Shown here piece after piece: positions 12,470 to 26,330 of a DNA stretch of 64,000 bases (position 1 is the stretch's first letter; each line of letters opens with the position of its first letter). This DNA comes from Camelus ferus (Eukaryota). The DNA is taken from contig NC_045696.1 of the NCBI RefSeq assembly GCF_009834535.1, forward strand, positions 95,606,001 to 95,670,000, given 5' to 3'. Position numbers and translations under genes: made by a program. Under the pieces are notes generated by a model. It had not been told where the DNA came from, did no database searches, and saw only the letters and a list, made by a program, of their open reading frames with translations.

Positions 12470-14190
12470 TTACAATGACATGAAAACAGGAAGTACCCAG
12501 GAATGAGTCTAAGAAAATATGTGCCAGATCTTTGTGTGCAATATTATTAACCCTCAGTGAAACAACTTAAAGGAGATGTTAATAAATATAGATATATACC
12601 ATGTTCAAGGATTATAAGATAACATGTAGCAAAAAAATGTTAACGCCCCGTCAAATTAATCAATAATTCAAACAATTCCAATAGTATTGTTAAATGTTTC
12701 TTTATTTTTGACATGCAATTTAGAAAATTTTATTTGGTAGTCTAAAAGCCAAGACTAACCAAGAAAATCTTGAAGAAAAAGACAAAACTGAAATTTCACT
12801 AGCAGATATTAATGTGAACTGTATTCTGACAGGATGTACATCGTATGTGCATGGGATAAACCAATCGTATGTGCATGGGATAAACACAACCAAATAAAAA
12901 GTCCAGAAGAAGACCCTGGCATATAAGTACTTTTGATATATTACAAGGATAGCACATAATTCTGTGCAGAAGGAATAGATATTCCAATAAATGGTGCTAT
13001 GATGACTATCAGAAAAAAGAAAATCAAATTTCTAGCTCACTGTATATATTAAAAATCATTTTCAAATGCACTAAAGAACTAAATATGAAAGGCTGAACTA
13101 TATATTCTTTTGGAAGAAAATTCTTGGATATATCTTAAAGATTTTGAGTTAAAGGTATTTTAAATAAGATTTGAAAGATTTTTTAAAACACAACACAAAA
13201 TAAAATGTACAAGTCTCGCAGGGAAAAGTGATATATTCATCCACATTAAAGTTTAAAACTTATCTTCATCGAGATACCATGGAGTAAAAAACAAACAAAA
13301 ATCTAGAGAAAATAGTTTTTACTCTCTATAACAACCAAAAACCTAGTATCCAAATTACATAAATTTTTTACATGAACCACTAAGATAATGACAACCAACA
13401 GAAAATCAGACAAAAGCCTTAAACAACATATACCAAAAAGAAAATGCAAATTAGCCAATAAACATGAAAAGATGCTCAACTTCATTATCAATAAAAAGTA
13501 AAGCAAGTTAAAAACCACAAGATTTACCATGTCTCACCCAAACTTGGGGACAAAAAGTTAAAATCTGACACTATCGTATGTTGGCATGTTATGTGGAACA
13601 ACAGGAACTACATTGGTACTGTGATGTACAAACTGACCCAAACACTTTCAGAAGCAGACAGGCATTCCATAGTAAGGTGAACGTACACATAATGTAATGC
13701 CCCGGGATTTCATTCCTGCACTAAGTGTATAAGCATATTAATGACAAATTACAGGAAAACCAAAATGTCCATCAATAGTGGACTGGAAAATGGCCTTAAA
13801 AATGGAACACTGTTCAGCGGGAAACTGAATGAAGGACAGCTACTCACACCAATGGATCTCCCCCAAACCTCTTATTAATTGAATAAAATAAGCTTGACAC
13901 AAGAGATGCAGAGTAGGAGTTTACATTCATTAAGTGCAAAGATAGGAGAGAGATATTCATAAGTAGTAAAATTATTTAAAATTCAAATAAAATTGGATAA
14001 TTATTATAAAACAGAATGATGAAAACCCCTGGGTAGAGGGTGAGAAGGTGATGCAACTGGGGAGGGGCACACAGGGGACTTGGAAAGAACTGACAGCAGA
14101 CACATAGGTGCATGATTTATTAAAATTCTTTAAGCCAAAATATACATCTACACACTCTTCCATATGATATGCTTTTAATAAAAAAAAGTG
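12470..14190 (+). mobile_element. Older L1 (L1ME-like) ORF2 3' part and 3'UTR
   Basis: A-rich strand with degenerate ORF2 motifs (ataaatggtgct, gccaataaacatgaaaagatgctcaacttcatta, ccaaaatgtccatcaatagtgg), ending aataaaaaaaa ~14177-14187. Confidence 0.75.
12840..12885. repeat. 22-bp direct duplication with 24-bp period (atcgtatgtgcatgggataaac)
   Basis: Identical copies at 12840-12861 and 12864-12885. Confidence 0.95.
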
Positions 14191-15749
14191 AAAAATAGCA
14201 CAGTAAAGTAAATAATTTTTTATGAGATTCCAAAACTGAATTACTGTGCTTGTTCCAAAAGTTGCAACCTGATATCGAATATTTAGTTATAATTTTCTCA
14301 GCCTAACATATTCCAGTTTTGAGTTTTTGACTTCCCTAAATGCCAAATACAATTATAATATGGTATTTTGTCTAAGCATGTGCAATTAAAAGGACACCAT
14401 TGAACTGTGGTAGTGTGTAATGTTTTCCAACTGCTAGAGGTGGAGAACATAATTTTATGTTGTGTATATGTTCCTACTGAGGACTATTTAATAGATTTAT
14501 GTAATATTAGAAAGATCTCCTTCATGCCACCAAACTTTCTATCTGAGTTTATAGATTAGAAGTGAGTTAATGTTTGGTACAGGAGTCATGAGACTGCTTT
14601 TAGAGTACTGGTAATTCATTTTAGGAAATACTATCCAGGCATAACATGGCCAGTTTTTGAAGCCAGAATTGCCAGTGCATTGTCGCTCTTTTTGTGCAGT
14701 TTGGCATAAGTCAAGGACATATCTGGGGCTATGCTGAGATGAAAGGAATCCCTGTCCAGTTGACTAGAGTATGAGCTTAAGTGGGCAAGTGGAGAAAGGT
14801 CATAGGAACCAATTATAATCCCACTTACTTATTTTCTACTACATTGTCTTTTGTAGAAGGTTCTTTAACCCACTCTTTTCAGGTTTCAGCATTTCCTTCT
14901 TTCTCATTGTTCTGTCCTTAAAATATGGAAATGTAGGGCTAAGTTTTCCTTCCTTGATAAATAGATAAAATTCATGCAAGTTACTGTGCAGATTATAGAT
15001 CAAATACAGTCTTTAGAAGATTTGTTTCTCTTGCTACATTCTGTAAAATATTTTTCTTTGCTCATTTACATCTACTTATAAATAGACACAGTTTATGTTA
15101 AGATTTAAAGTAATCACTATTTTGCATAACATGGTAGAAAATGGACATTTATTTTGACACTGGCAAGGGCTAGTGAGCTCTAGCCCCTTTCTGTGCAAGT
15201 CATGAATATATTTTGCAGTGAGACTATTTTGCAGTGAGAATATAAGTAGCAGTGTTTGCACCAAGTAATACAATAGATACAGTGTTCCCTGAAAAGTCAT
15301 GCTCTGGGCGTTTAGTTCAGCTTGGCAGAAACCGCCATTCCCTCTATGGGTGATACTAATACCATGTGTAGAAATTTACATAGAAAATAAGCCTGCAGAC
15401 TTCTTGAAGCTGGAGTTTAAATTGTGCAACCTAAATTAGATCAAGCTTTATGTAAATATTCTATGAGAATTAAAAATATTTAGAACAGAGCTTTAACAAT
15501 TCTTACACAGTCACCCACACATATATGAGTACGTGAGTGTGTGTGTCTGTTTGTTTGTTTATTCCAAATCATTCACCCTGAATAATCAGTTGAGGTGAAT
15601 CAGCTGATACTGAGAGAAATGAAGCTTTCATTAGACACAGGTAATAAAGTCAGGTCCGTGAAAAACCTGAATATTAAAATCTCCAAAACTTACTGGCAAA
15701 TTCTAAGCCATGATATTACAAATTAAATAACTTTATTATTATAGTTTTG

Positions 15750-16140
15750 TTTGTTTTGAGCAAATTGTATTGAAGTAATTGAAGGTACATATATATATGT
15801 ATCTACACACACAGATCACTGGTGTATAGCTTAATAAATTTTCACAAAATAAACACACCTGTGCAATTAGGACTTATATGCAGAGATAGAATATTACCAT
15901 ATCCCAGAATTTCCCCCTATACCCCTTCCAGTCACTACCCTGTCCCCAAATGAAGTCAATATCTGACTTTTAGTACCATTGATTAAATTTGCCCATCTTT
16001 GAACTTTATGTAAGTGGACTCATATGGTATGTACTCATTTGTGACTTCTTTCCCAGTAAACATTGTGATTATAAAATCACATATAAAATTTTATCCATGT
16101 TGTTTTATGTATTTACATTTTACTCATCAACACTGCTATC
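15750..16140 (-). mobile_element. Old L1 3'UTR fragment, antisense
   Basis: ttttcacaaaataaacacacctgtg...gatagaatattacc...ccttccagtcactaccc...tgcccatctttgaactttat resembles an L1MB/ME 3' end. Confidence 0.7.
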
Positions 16141-16439
16141 CAATATAAAATAATGACTTTAAGGCATCGTCTATCATGACAATATACACTGTGTTAAAGG
16201 TACTGTATTTTGTAAAATACTACTTTGAGGGTCAGTGGCTTAAACCTAGCTGTATAACAGAGCATAAAATTTAGGATCCAAAGAACTGGAGGAAAGTTAG
16301 TAGCAGAAGTCCTTATCAATACAGGAAAGGCTGACCTAACACCTCAGTTCACATAGCAGACTCCTATTACCAGGTTATAGTAATTTACCTTATTCCTAGT
16401 TTAGCAGGCCCTCACGGTTGGCTCATCCAAGGGCCATTA

Positions 16440-16615
16440 AAACTATTGCCTTTTCCATTCTTTCCTCTGTGGATGCTGAAAGAACCTGATATATATATTT
16501 TCCCAACCCTTACTTACTATTAAGGAATGACCATGTGATACAGTCCTGCCACTGAAATTTAAACAGGAGTTTTTGAGGATTTCTGGGAAAACTGATTTTT
16601 TTTGTTAAAGAGCTA
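16440..16615 (+). mobile_element. MaLR (MLT1-type) LTR, 5' part, interrupted by L1
   Basis: gaatgaccatgtgatacagtcctgccactgaaat...atttctgggaaaac is MLT1-like. The element appears to continue at ~19740. Confidence 0.6.
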
Positions 16616-17301
16616 AATGTGAAGACACATACAACCCAGAATAGACAATATTGAAGCCAAGATTAAAGGAGAAGAACAAAGTTGGAGGACTGACAGTATT
16701 TAACTTTAAGATTTACTAAAAAGCTACAGTAATCAAGACAGTGTGGTATTAGCAAAAGAAGACAGATTGATGGAACAAAATAGAGAACTCAGAAATGGAT
16801 GCCCATAAATCAACTGATCTTTGACAAAAGGAGCAAGGACAATACAATGGGGCAAAATAGTCTCTTCAACAAATGGTGCTGGAACAACTAGACAGCCACA
16901 TGCAAAAAATAAAACAAATAAATAAATCCAGACACAGACCTTACATCTGTCACAAAAATCAACTCAAAATAGATCACATATCTAAATGTAAGAGACAAAA
17001 CTGTAAAAATCTTAGAAGATAACATAGGAGAAAACCTAGATGACCTGGGGTGTGGTGATGCCTTTTTAGATACAACAGCACAGTCACAATCCACGGAAAG
17101 AACTGTCAGTCTGGCCTTGATAAAATTAAAAACTTCTGCTCTGAGAAGACAGGCCATAGACTGGGAGAAAATATTTTCAAAAGACACTTCTAATAAAGAA
17201 CGGAATTTAATCAAAGCTCATATAACTCAACAATAAGAAAACAAATAACTCGATTAAAAAGTAGGACAAAGACCTGAACAGACACTTGATCAAAGAAGAT
17301 A

Positions 17302-17768
17302 CAGGCCTATCTCATTTTATTGTGCTCCACTTTACACAGTTTGCAGATGTGGTGTTTTTTACAAACTGAAGGGTTGTGGCAAACCTGTGTCAAGCAAGTC
17401 TGCTGATGCCATTTTTCAAGTAGCATTTGCTCACTTCATGTCTCCATGTCCCATTTTGGTAATTCTTGCAATATTTTGAATTTTATTATTATTATTATTA
17501 TATTTGTTATGGTGATCTGTGATCAGTATCTTTGGTTTTACTAACTATGGCTTGCTGAAGCCTTAGATAATGGTTATCACTTTTTAATCAGTAAAGTATT
17601 TTTTTAATTAAAGTACGCACATTGTTTTTTCAGACATAATGCTATTACATTATAGTGTAAAACTTCTATAGACACTGGGAAACCAGAAATTCATATGACT
17701 TACTGTATTACCATATTCACTTTGTGGTAGTTTTCAACAGAACTTGCAGTATCTCTGAGGCATGCCTG
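17302..17768 (+). mobile_element. Internally deleted Tigger1-family (TcMar) DNA transposon
   Basis: TIRs caggcctatctc...gaggcatgcctg, flanked by TA at 17300-01 and 17769-70. Removing it restores the L1 sequence caaagaagatataaagatggc. Confidence 0.92.
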
Positions 17769-17994
17769 TATAAAGATGGCAGACGAAAAGCTGCTCCATA
17801 TCATACGTCATTAGAAAAATTGAAGTTAAAACAATGAGATATCACCACACACCTATTAGAATCTGTAACACTGACAGCACAAATGCTGACAAGGATGTGA
17901 AGCAACAGGAACTCTCATACATTGCTGGTGGGATTGCAAAATGGTACAGCCACTTCAGAAGACAGTTTGGCAGTTTCTTATAAAACTAAACATA

Positions 17995-18357
17995 CAGCTG
18001 CCCGTCACTATCTGATGGGGGACTGGTTCCAGAACACCGTCTGAAAGGATACCAAAATCCATGGATGCTCAAGTCCCTTATATAAAATAGCATAATATTT
18101 ACATATAACCTGTTGGCATCTTCCTGTATACTTTAAATCATCTCTAGATTATTTATAACACCTTAATAAAATGTAAATACTATGTAAATAATTGTAAATA
18201 TAATGTACATGCTATACAAATAGTTGCTAGCTTGTGGCAAATTTAAGTTTTGCTTTTTGGAAACTTTGTGGAATTTCTTTTTTTTTTTTTTAATAATTTT
18301 GATCCACAGTTGGTTGAATCCACTGATGTGGAACCTGTGAAAATGGAGGACTGACAA
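17995..18357 (+). mobile_element. MER2/Tigger3-type non-autonomous DNA transposon
   Basis: TA|cagctgcccgtcactatctgatgggggactggttccag...ggataccaaaatccatggatgctcaagtccc...gttggttgaatccactgatgtggaacc...ggaggactgacaa|TA. Confidence 0.88.
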
Positions 18358-18578
18358 TATTCATTAAGTTCTACCTGTGTATCACAGATCATGTTACCAT
18401 ATGGTGCAACAAACTTGCCCCTTGGTATTTACCCAAAGGAGCTGAAAATTTATGTCCATACCAAAACCTGCACACAGATGTCTATTCAGGTTTATTCATA
18501 GTTGCTAAAACTTAGAAGCAACCAAAATGTCCTTCAGAGGGTGAATGGCTAAATAGACTGTGGTCAGACAATGGAATA

Positions 18579-19184
18579 AAGACATACCTTGGAGATACTG
18601 GGGATTTGATTCCAGACCATCACAATAAGGCAAGAATTGCAATAAAGTGAGCCACACAAATTATAACATATAAAAATTATGTTTACATTATATTGTAGTC
18701 TATTAAGTGTGCAAAAGCATTATGCCTAAAAATGTACATAATTTAAAATTAATGCCACTGATGCCCTCCAATAATACTGTACGATATCACTTATGTGTAG
18801 AATCTAGAAAGTACAACAAACTAGTGAAAATAACAGAAAAGAGGCAGACTCACAGATAGAACAAACTAGTGGTTACCAGTGGGGAGAGGGAGGGGAGGGG
18901 CAATGTAGGGGTTAGGGAGTGGGAAGTTCAAGCTAGTGTGTATAAGATAGGCACAAGGATGCATTGTACAACACAGGGAATAGAGCCAATGTTTTGTGAT
19001 AACTCTAAATGGAGTGTAACTTTTAAAACTTGCAAAAAAAGAGAAAGAAATAAAAAAAAGAAAAAAATTTAATTAATGCTGTTGAATTGCTGGATGCAGG
19101 GTTGCCACAAACCTTCAATTTAAAAAAAAATGTAGTATCTGGGAATCACAATAAAGCAAAGCAAAATAAATTGAGGTATGCCTA
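18579..19184 (-). mobile_element. Second Tigger1-family deletion derivative, opposite orientation, interrupted by an L1 3' end
   Basis: Both ends are reverse complements of the 17302-17768 ends (gacataccttggagatactg...; gcagggttgccacaaaccttcaa...gaggtatgccta). TA at 18577-78 and 19185-86. The empty site caatggaatattatttagcac is L1 sequence. Confidence 0.9.
18765..19070 (+). mobile_element. Younger 5'-truncated L1 3'UTR inserted in the Tigger1 derivative
   Basis: atatcacttatgtgtagaatct...cagactcacagatagaacaaactagtggttaccagtggggagagg..., with an A-rich tail 19034-19067. aattaatgc is repeated at 18747-55 and 19071-79. Confidence 0.85.
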
Positions 19185-19739
19185 TATTATTTAGCACTAA
19201 GAAGAAATAAATTATGAAGCCACAAAAAGACATGGACGAACTCTAAATGAATTTTACTAAGTGAACAAGCCAAACTGAAAAGGCTACATACTATGTGATT
19301 CCAACTATTCGGGAAAAGGCAAAACTATGGAGACATTAAAGCTCAGTGTACCAGAGGTGGACTGGGGGGAAGCAATGAATGGGTAGAGCAGAGAGGGTTT
19401 TTAGAGCAGTGGAATTACTTTGTATGATGCCATAATGATGAGTACATATCATTACATATTTGTTCTAACTCATAGAATGTACAACAGCAGGAGTGAACCC
19501 TAAGATAAACTACAGACTTTAGACAATTATTGTATGTCAATGTGGTTTATCAATTGTAACAAATGTACCACTCTGCTGAGTGATGTTGATAATGGGGGAG
19601 GCTGTGCATGTGTGGGAGCAGGGGTATATGGGAAATCTCTGTACCATCTGCTCAATTTTGTTGTGAATCTAAAACTGCTCTAAAATATAAGGTCTTTAAA
19701 AAATAAATATAACAAAACAAAACAGAACAAAACAGAGAT

Positions 19740-20035
19740 AAGCATAAGAGGAGAGAGAACTGATGTTATTCTCATCTCATCTTCCTGTCTTGATTATGAA
19801 TACGATTCCTGGAGATTCAGAAGTCCTTTTGAGACCATGAAATAATGAACATGGAAATGAAAAGGTAGCACACTAAAGTGGTCAAGTCAAAATATGAAAA
19901 TCAGAAACTTTGATTATATCATTGTGGTGCTGACCTGAATCTTAGACTCACTGTTCAGTAAAATGAATAATTTCTTTATGATTTAACCCCGTGTTATTTG
20001 AGGTTTCCATTGGTGCAGTTAAAAGTCTATCTGAT
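19740..20035 (+). mobile_element. MaLR (MLT1-type) LTR, 3' part
   Basis: cttcctgtcttga...ttttgagaccatga...gatttaacccc..ttatttgaggtttcc..tgcagttaaaagt resembles an MLT1 3' end. Confidence 0.6.
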
Positions 20036-23000
20036 AGACCATTTATACTGATAATCAAAGTAGAAACATGCATTGAAGAATGTTCCTTGAGATTACAGTG
20101 TATTTTACATTGATTTCTCAAAAAACAACATCCTGATTAAAAGCATAAAACTGGATGTTCATCTGAAGGACGAATCATGCTCGATTATCAAGAACCTGAA
20201 ATGCTTTCAAATGTCTTATTTCTTGAAGATAGTATTCTGAATTTCTTGTTATTGTAGCAGAACTTGAGTAAACATTCAAATATCTGACTATCTCGATTCT
20301 TTCTGGTCCACTGGGGGATTCTGGTATTAGACTGCTAACTGAGAACCTATCTGAAATCCTCAGAGGTCAATGGACTTCAAACATGATTATCATCCCATCA
20401 GTAACAGAAAATATCTTTTTACATCTTCCTGTAAACAGGTAGACTACTATAGTTATAGTTCTGAAATGGTTCATTGTCTCATTAGATTAATAGTTTCCCA
20501 CAGAATTTTGGTCTCTGGTTTTGAGGTTAGGGCAAGAGCATTTAAAAGTCCTTCGCTCCTCCTGTTGAAAACTGATTACTCCTTTATTTGCACCTATTTA
20601 TTATTATTTGCAGCAAACATCCCTTTCTCTCTCCCTTGCTAGCTTTCTGCAGCTACATATAAGTAAGAATAAGTTGGACTTAACCTAAGTTTTCTTTTGA
20701 TTGAAAGCAAATCTGAAATCTTAAAATATAGACAGATAAATCCCAATGGGTATTTCATGAGTATCTGGAGTCTATCTTATAACATGACATCTTATTAACA
20801 ATTTATATTTCTTATGTTTGTGATGAGACCATATGCTGTATTGAGTTGATTTAAACAATGCAGTTGGAAAAGCTGTGTTCAAATTTTCATGTTAGTGATA
20901 TTTTAGTAGAGAACTTGAGGAATCATAAGACAAATGTATCTTAATGATTCTGCTTTGCTTCCTGGGAGAAGCACAATTTTTATTACAGTTAAGACCTCAA
21001 TTAATGAATTTTCCATCCTTTTTACATTTTATAGCAGAAAAATCAAAGATTTGGGGGGGCTTAAAGAACAATTGAGTGGTATCTGGGAAGCTGAAAAAAT
21101 TTCTGCATATTCAGATCCCCTGCATTTGATCAGTCTAGACTGCTTTAATGGTCTTCATTCTCTTAAACTAAAAATCAAATTGTGGCATGAAAATGATGAC
21201 AACTTTTTCCCAGAAAAGCCCAAAATGAGTATTTATGAGTATGTGTTCTTCTTATAAACCACTGATTGTAAATAGAAGGAATGCATCAAAGATCTCTGAT
21301 ATAATCTTTTTAAAATGTACCTTTTCCATGTTATATTAAATATTTATAATTTGATAAATTCGGTAGATAAATAGGAAAATAAAACCCCATATGAAAAGAA
21401 ATAGACACAAAAATGCACATTTTCCAAACGATGAATAATAATATAGCTAAGATTCATGGATACTCAGTGGTATTTATCAGACTATATCCAAGCATTGTGT
21501 AAGAAGAAAGTACTTACGCAAGATATAAGCCAGTCTTTGACCAGCTTTGGCGCCTAAACAGGAGTCGGATTTTTGGAGCCTGCAAATGTCTTCTGCATAG
21601 ATAGGGTTCTATTTAATACCAGGGCATGTCTTTTTCTACTTACGTTTCCTGGAAAATAAGTACATATTTTGTAACTAGTCTATGAATAATGAAATACCTT
21701 CTCATGAATGGTGGACTTCAGAAAGCTCAGGATTTCAACCTTGGTAAACAAGTATATATTTGTATGTCTGTCTACGTTTATGTGTACCTATGCTGCATTC
21801 CATAAACCATCTCACAAAAAGGTTTCTGAAGCCCTCTCCTAACTCCCACTTCCCACATTTCATGAAGGGATGTGTGTGTGTGGAAGGGGGTGGCTCTTCA
21901 CAGAAGGACTTTAGACAAGTATTTCTGTCTTAAAACCAACCACAGGCTACTTTAGAAAGTAGAGCATGTATTCTCTCAAGATACTCCCCAAATTGGTAAC
22001 ATATCTATCTTTCTAAAATGAAAGAGAGTAAGTGCTCTTAGTTCATCAGAGATTCTAGAGGCTTTTTACCAGTGGATAGAGTCAAAGAAGACTTTGATTG
22101 TTACACACCAGGATTGTTCTCATAAAGGAGGAAGTAGAGGTTGAAACAGGTTGTCTGTGTGTATAATGTGTGATGTGTAGGGCAAGGGGTCTGACCTCTA
22201 CACGTCTATGCCTCTTGTTTCATTTAGCATCTAATTTTTTGATTCCCTCAGTTATGTGCTTAGTCAAATGCTCAAACCACCTTTTACCACGTCCCCACTT
22301 CCACTTCCCATACACAAATATAGCTCAGATGGATAGAGATAGGATCCCTCAGGGTTCCTTTCTTGGAGACAGAAGGTGTAGTTGGTTGGCAGATGTCCAC
22401 TGAGATGACCCTGGCATCTTTCAGTTAAGACTCAGTTGAGTTCCTTTGGCGTCTTGGAGATTGGATGAGATGGAAACTACAGAGAAAATTAGAACTAAGG
22501 ACTCAATAAACACTTAAATTCCATTTTTAGTTTAAAGAAAACTATATAAAATTATCATTCATGTGTTGCTTTTTGTCTGAAAATTTAGATGAATATCTTT
22601 AACATTTGCTATCTATTTTACTTTTGATTTATCAAGCAGATCTGGGGTTTTATTTTTCTCTTAGGTAATTCACTTACAATTTGACATGTTAATAGGCAGC
22701 TATGGTGCCGGCTTAAGACATTCTTAACTGAAAAGAGCACAAATCAAGCAAATAAAAATCTTAAAGATAAGAGAATATTTTCTATTCAAACATAAGTGCT
22801 CAAAAAGCAAATAGGTTTTTTCCTTAAAAAGTGCTTTTTATGTGTATTTGACAGGAATTTTTACTACTACAAATTAATATATTTAATCATCAATTTTAAA
22901 ATGATATTAATCTCTGTACCCCCAGTAATATTTGGAAAATATTCATAGTGAATTGTGAATTTTGTTTGTACTAACAGTGGCACCAATGCAGGTGTTAAGC

Positions 23001-23399
23001 AGATAACAGCTCTCCTTTGCTGGAATGAGTCTTGAATTTTGCAAGTATTTTTTGCAAGAGTTTCAGAGATGCATCATTGCATAAAATATGACCACTCTGT
23101 ATTTACGTGATCATTGTGAAATAGTCAATCAATACATACAAAGAAGAAATTAGAAATCATCCATAAATCTAACACTGAGAAATACAACTATGATCTTTAA
23201 AAATAATGTATATATACATAATTGCTAAAATGGTTAAGCAAAAATTAACTTATATAAGGAAAATTCATTGTAATACAAAATTAGTCAGGTTAGAAGAAAC
23301 ACTGACATCAGCTAAGTACCTCAATTATTTAAATACTAATGCTCCATGACTACTGCTTACTTGGGTTTATCTCCACCCTCATTACTACTACTCAGTTTG

Positions 23400-24170
23400 A
23401 AGAGAACATACAACTCCTGGATGACTTCAGTCACATCGTAGACATCCTTGATCACTTCATTCTTCCTAATACCAAGTTCCTTGACTCCACTTCCAAAATA
23501 CACCTCAGCTCCTCCCACATTCCTTCCCCTTCACTGCCATTGCTCTTGTCTAACTCTCCATCATCTGGTAACTGGACTAGTGCCAACGTCTCCTGACCAG
23601 TCTCCCTGTTCCCTCTTCTGTCCCTTTAAAATTGCCTCTCCATTCAACAGTCAAAAGTGCCTGTTAATAAATGACTGGATTTATTTATTTAACCATTCAT
23701 GGTCTTGAACCTCCTTTGAGCCTAGTACTTTTCGAGGCACTGCAGGTAAATCAGTGAACAAAACAAAATTCCTCCTCTCATGCAACAGCTTATAGATTCT
23801 GGAATTCCTATGCTTTCTCAGTCTCCAGGTTCTTGCTCAGGACCTTCACTCTGCCCAGAATGTCTTTTTCTTCGCATCTTTGCTTGGTTTACTTGCACCA
23901 GTTCTTCAAGATTCAGCAAAATGGTCACCTCTTTGAGGAAGACTTCTGTGTCCCCCACCCCACAGGGTGGGGTTAGTGCACATATCTGTGTTTTCAAGGT
24001 TTTCTGTGCTTTCCTGTCTCTCAGCACTTACCTGCACTGTATTATCATACTTAATTGCCTTTCTGTCTTCCTGCATTAGACTGTGAAATCCTCCTAAGAG
24101 GGAACTCTGTGTTTTCACTCTTGTTTATTAGATCACATCGTGACCTTGTGACCTATCAGTTACTGGAAGA
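23400..24170 (+). mobile_element. L2 3' fragment with a short opposite-strand L2 piece (~23680-23795) inside
   Basis: Pyrimidine-rich L2-like motifs (ctggactagtgccaacgtctcctgaccagtctccctg; ttagactgtgaaatcctcctaagagggaactctgtgtttt). Confidence 0.7.
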
Positions 24171-26330
24171 CTATTAAGAGAAAAGACCCAGAGAATTTAA
24201 TTTTAGCATCATACAGCTATGAGGCAGCAAATAAAAAAAGAAATCTAATGAAGGGTCTCAGGTTCAGAGGTCCATTCTGGGCTTTTTCTTCTATATCTTC
24301 TGAACAAGTTTTAAAATCTGGTTGGTTGGGAATGTCCCTGATTAAGTTAGAGATTGCATAAGCCGGAAGAGGTTTGTGGAGGCTAAAAGCAAACACAGCC
24401 AATTATCAAATCCATTTTTATTTTAACCTTCCAGCTGGGTGATTCTCTACAAATGACGTTAAGTGTGAGACTCACTTTTCTCACTTACATCCCAATCACT
24501 GATATCTAGGCCATGAAGTATCTGGTAGGCTTTCCTCCAGGCAAATGAAAATGTGGCTTGATGCTAATGGTGAGATATTCACACAGTGTGAGCTTTTATT
24601 TATTTCAGTCACTGGTAATTTTCTGACTCTTCTCCTTGACATTTGGACCTATCCTTCAAGCCTACTCATCTCCATCCCTCTTATTTTTCCAGGCACAGGA
24701 ATGCGGTGGGGTGTGTTAGACAGTGGTTTACAGTCAAACATAATTGGTTGGATCTCTCAGAGAATCTGTTTTTCTGAGAGTCTGTCTGAGGAAAGAACAT
24801 TAAATCCACATGTGTTGTTTTCTCTTGTTGCCATTGACGTCCAGCAGTCAACATCTGGTCTGTTTTTAGCTTTTTAAAATCTTTTCTTTCTTTTTGTTTT
24901 AATGCGGCTTTCCTATTTTTCTAAACTTACCTCAGATGCCAAGATTGTCTAAATATTAACCTTTTCCCCAGGGTTTTATTGTTTTACAGCTAATGGGTCA
25001 GTGAATGATTATTATCACTTTCCTCTGTAGAACAAGGGATGATAATCCTTATTTATGTTCTCTTACACTTTTCTAAAGATGAATTGGCTGTTTGAAACAA
25101 ATTGTTTTAAAGTTAAGTTTTATGCTTTTTCTAACTAAAGGGGCATTTTTAAAATAATTGAAAAACGTTGGCTTAATACATCAGAACAAAAGTATATTCC
25201 TCTTCTTGGCTCAGGATGAACTGACTTGATTTTGCAGAGGCCAAAGGATTCATTTTGTTAGTGCTGAATTTATTCACCTTCTTAATCTTGGCTTAGGATA
25301 TATAATAGTGTGTAGGGAGTGGAGACTGGGGAACTAAGGACACCATTTTGAGTTTTAATAGGAAAGAATAAAGACTTACATTAAAACTTGCCTTAGATTC
25401 AATAGTGATTACTCTCCTGAATAATATGGCCATATGTTTACATGGAAAAAATGATTAGAGGTTCTGACCAGTCTGAGTTTCAATTCTAACAGAACCAAAA
25501 TTCTCCTTTTAACCTTAACCCGTGTGAATTTCTTGAGTCTCAGCTGATTTTTATTTTACAACTGGAAAGTACCAGGACCACCCTGAAAAAACAGACGACA
25601 ATTTTGTCTTAAAAAAAAAATCATTAAATAAATATTGATTCCTCAGGAGAAAAGCTCAAGCCACAGACATCCACACCCAATAATTAGCGAATCTATTCCA
25701 AATGCCAAAGATGAATAGGAAAACAAATTAAAAAGAACCTAAAGCCTTTATCCATAGTTTAACAGGTATATGAAATACTACAGCCAAATTTCAGTTGCCT
25801 AGAGTTGGATTGCCAAATACTTCTTTGGTTTAAAATATTTAATGGACTTTTTAATTAAAGTGTTTCAGTATAAACTACTGTTTAAATAATTCTCTTAGTG
25901 TTTTTATTCCCCTTTTCCTATGACTAAAGATTGAGAAAGCACAGTTATTTTTACTCAAAAATTATTTGTAGCTACTTAACTTCTTTACCTCAAAAATTAG
26001 CATTATTATTGCTAACCATTCACATCTTTTCAAATGTTTTCATGTTAATGTGTCCATTAAATATTCTCTGCATATATTTTCTAACATATGCCAGCATATT
26101 CAGGATTTTCTTCTAGGAAGTTGATTTATATATGCAGTATTGTGAAATTGATTATTAATATACTAATGTGTAGCTTTGGGTACATCATAAGACTATATGT
26201 TTACTGATTGCTACAATTTGTAAATTTCACATTTGGGGAAAATAGAGTCATAGTGAAATATGCATTCATGATAAGGATGAGAGTTTTTCTCAGAAAATTA
26301 AAAGCAGAACACTGTCCAAAGATTGTTTAA

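Larger units (their letters stand above)
16618..19735 (+). mobile_element. L1MC-type ORF2 3' half and 3'UTR carrying nested DNA transposons
   Basis: ORF2 motifs (aagctacagtaatcaagacagtgtggtatt, ttcaacaaatggtgctggaacaact). The 3'UTR is colinear with the copy at ~11.9-12.46 kb. (CAAAA)n tail ~19710-19735. Confidence 0.9.
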
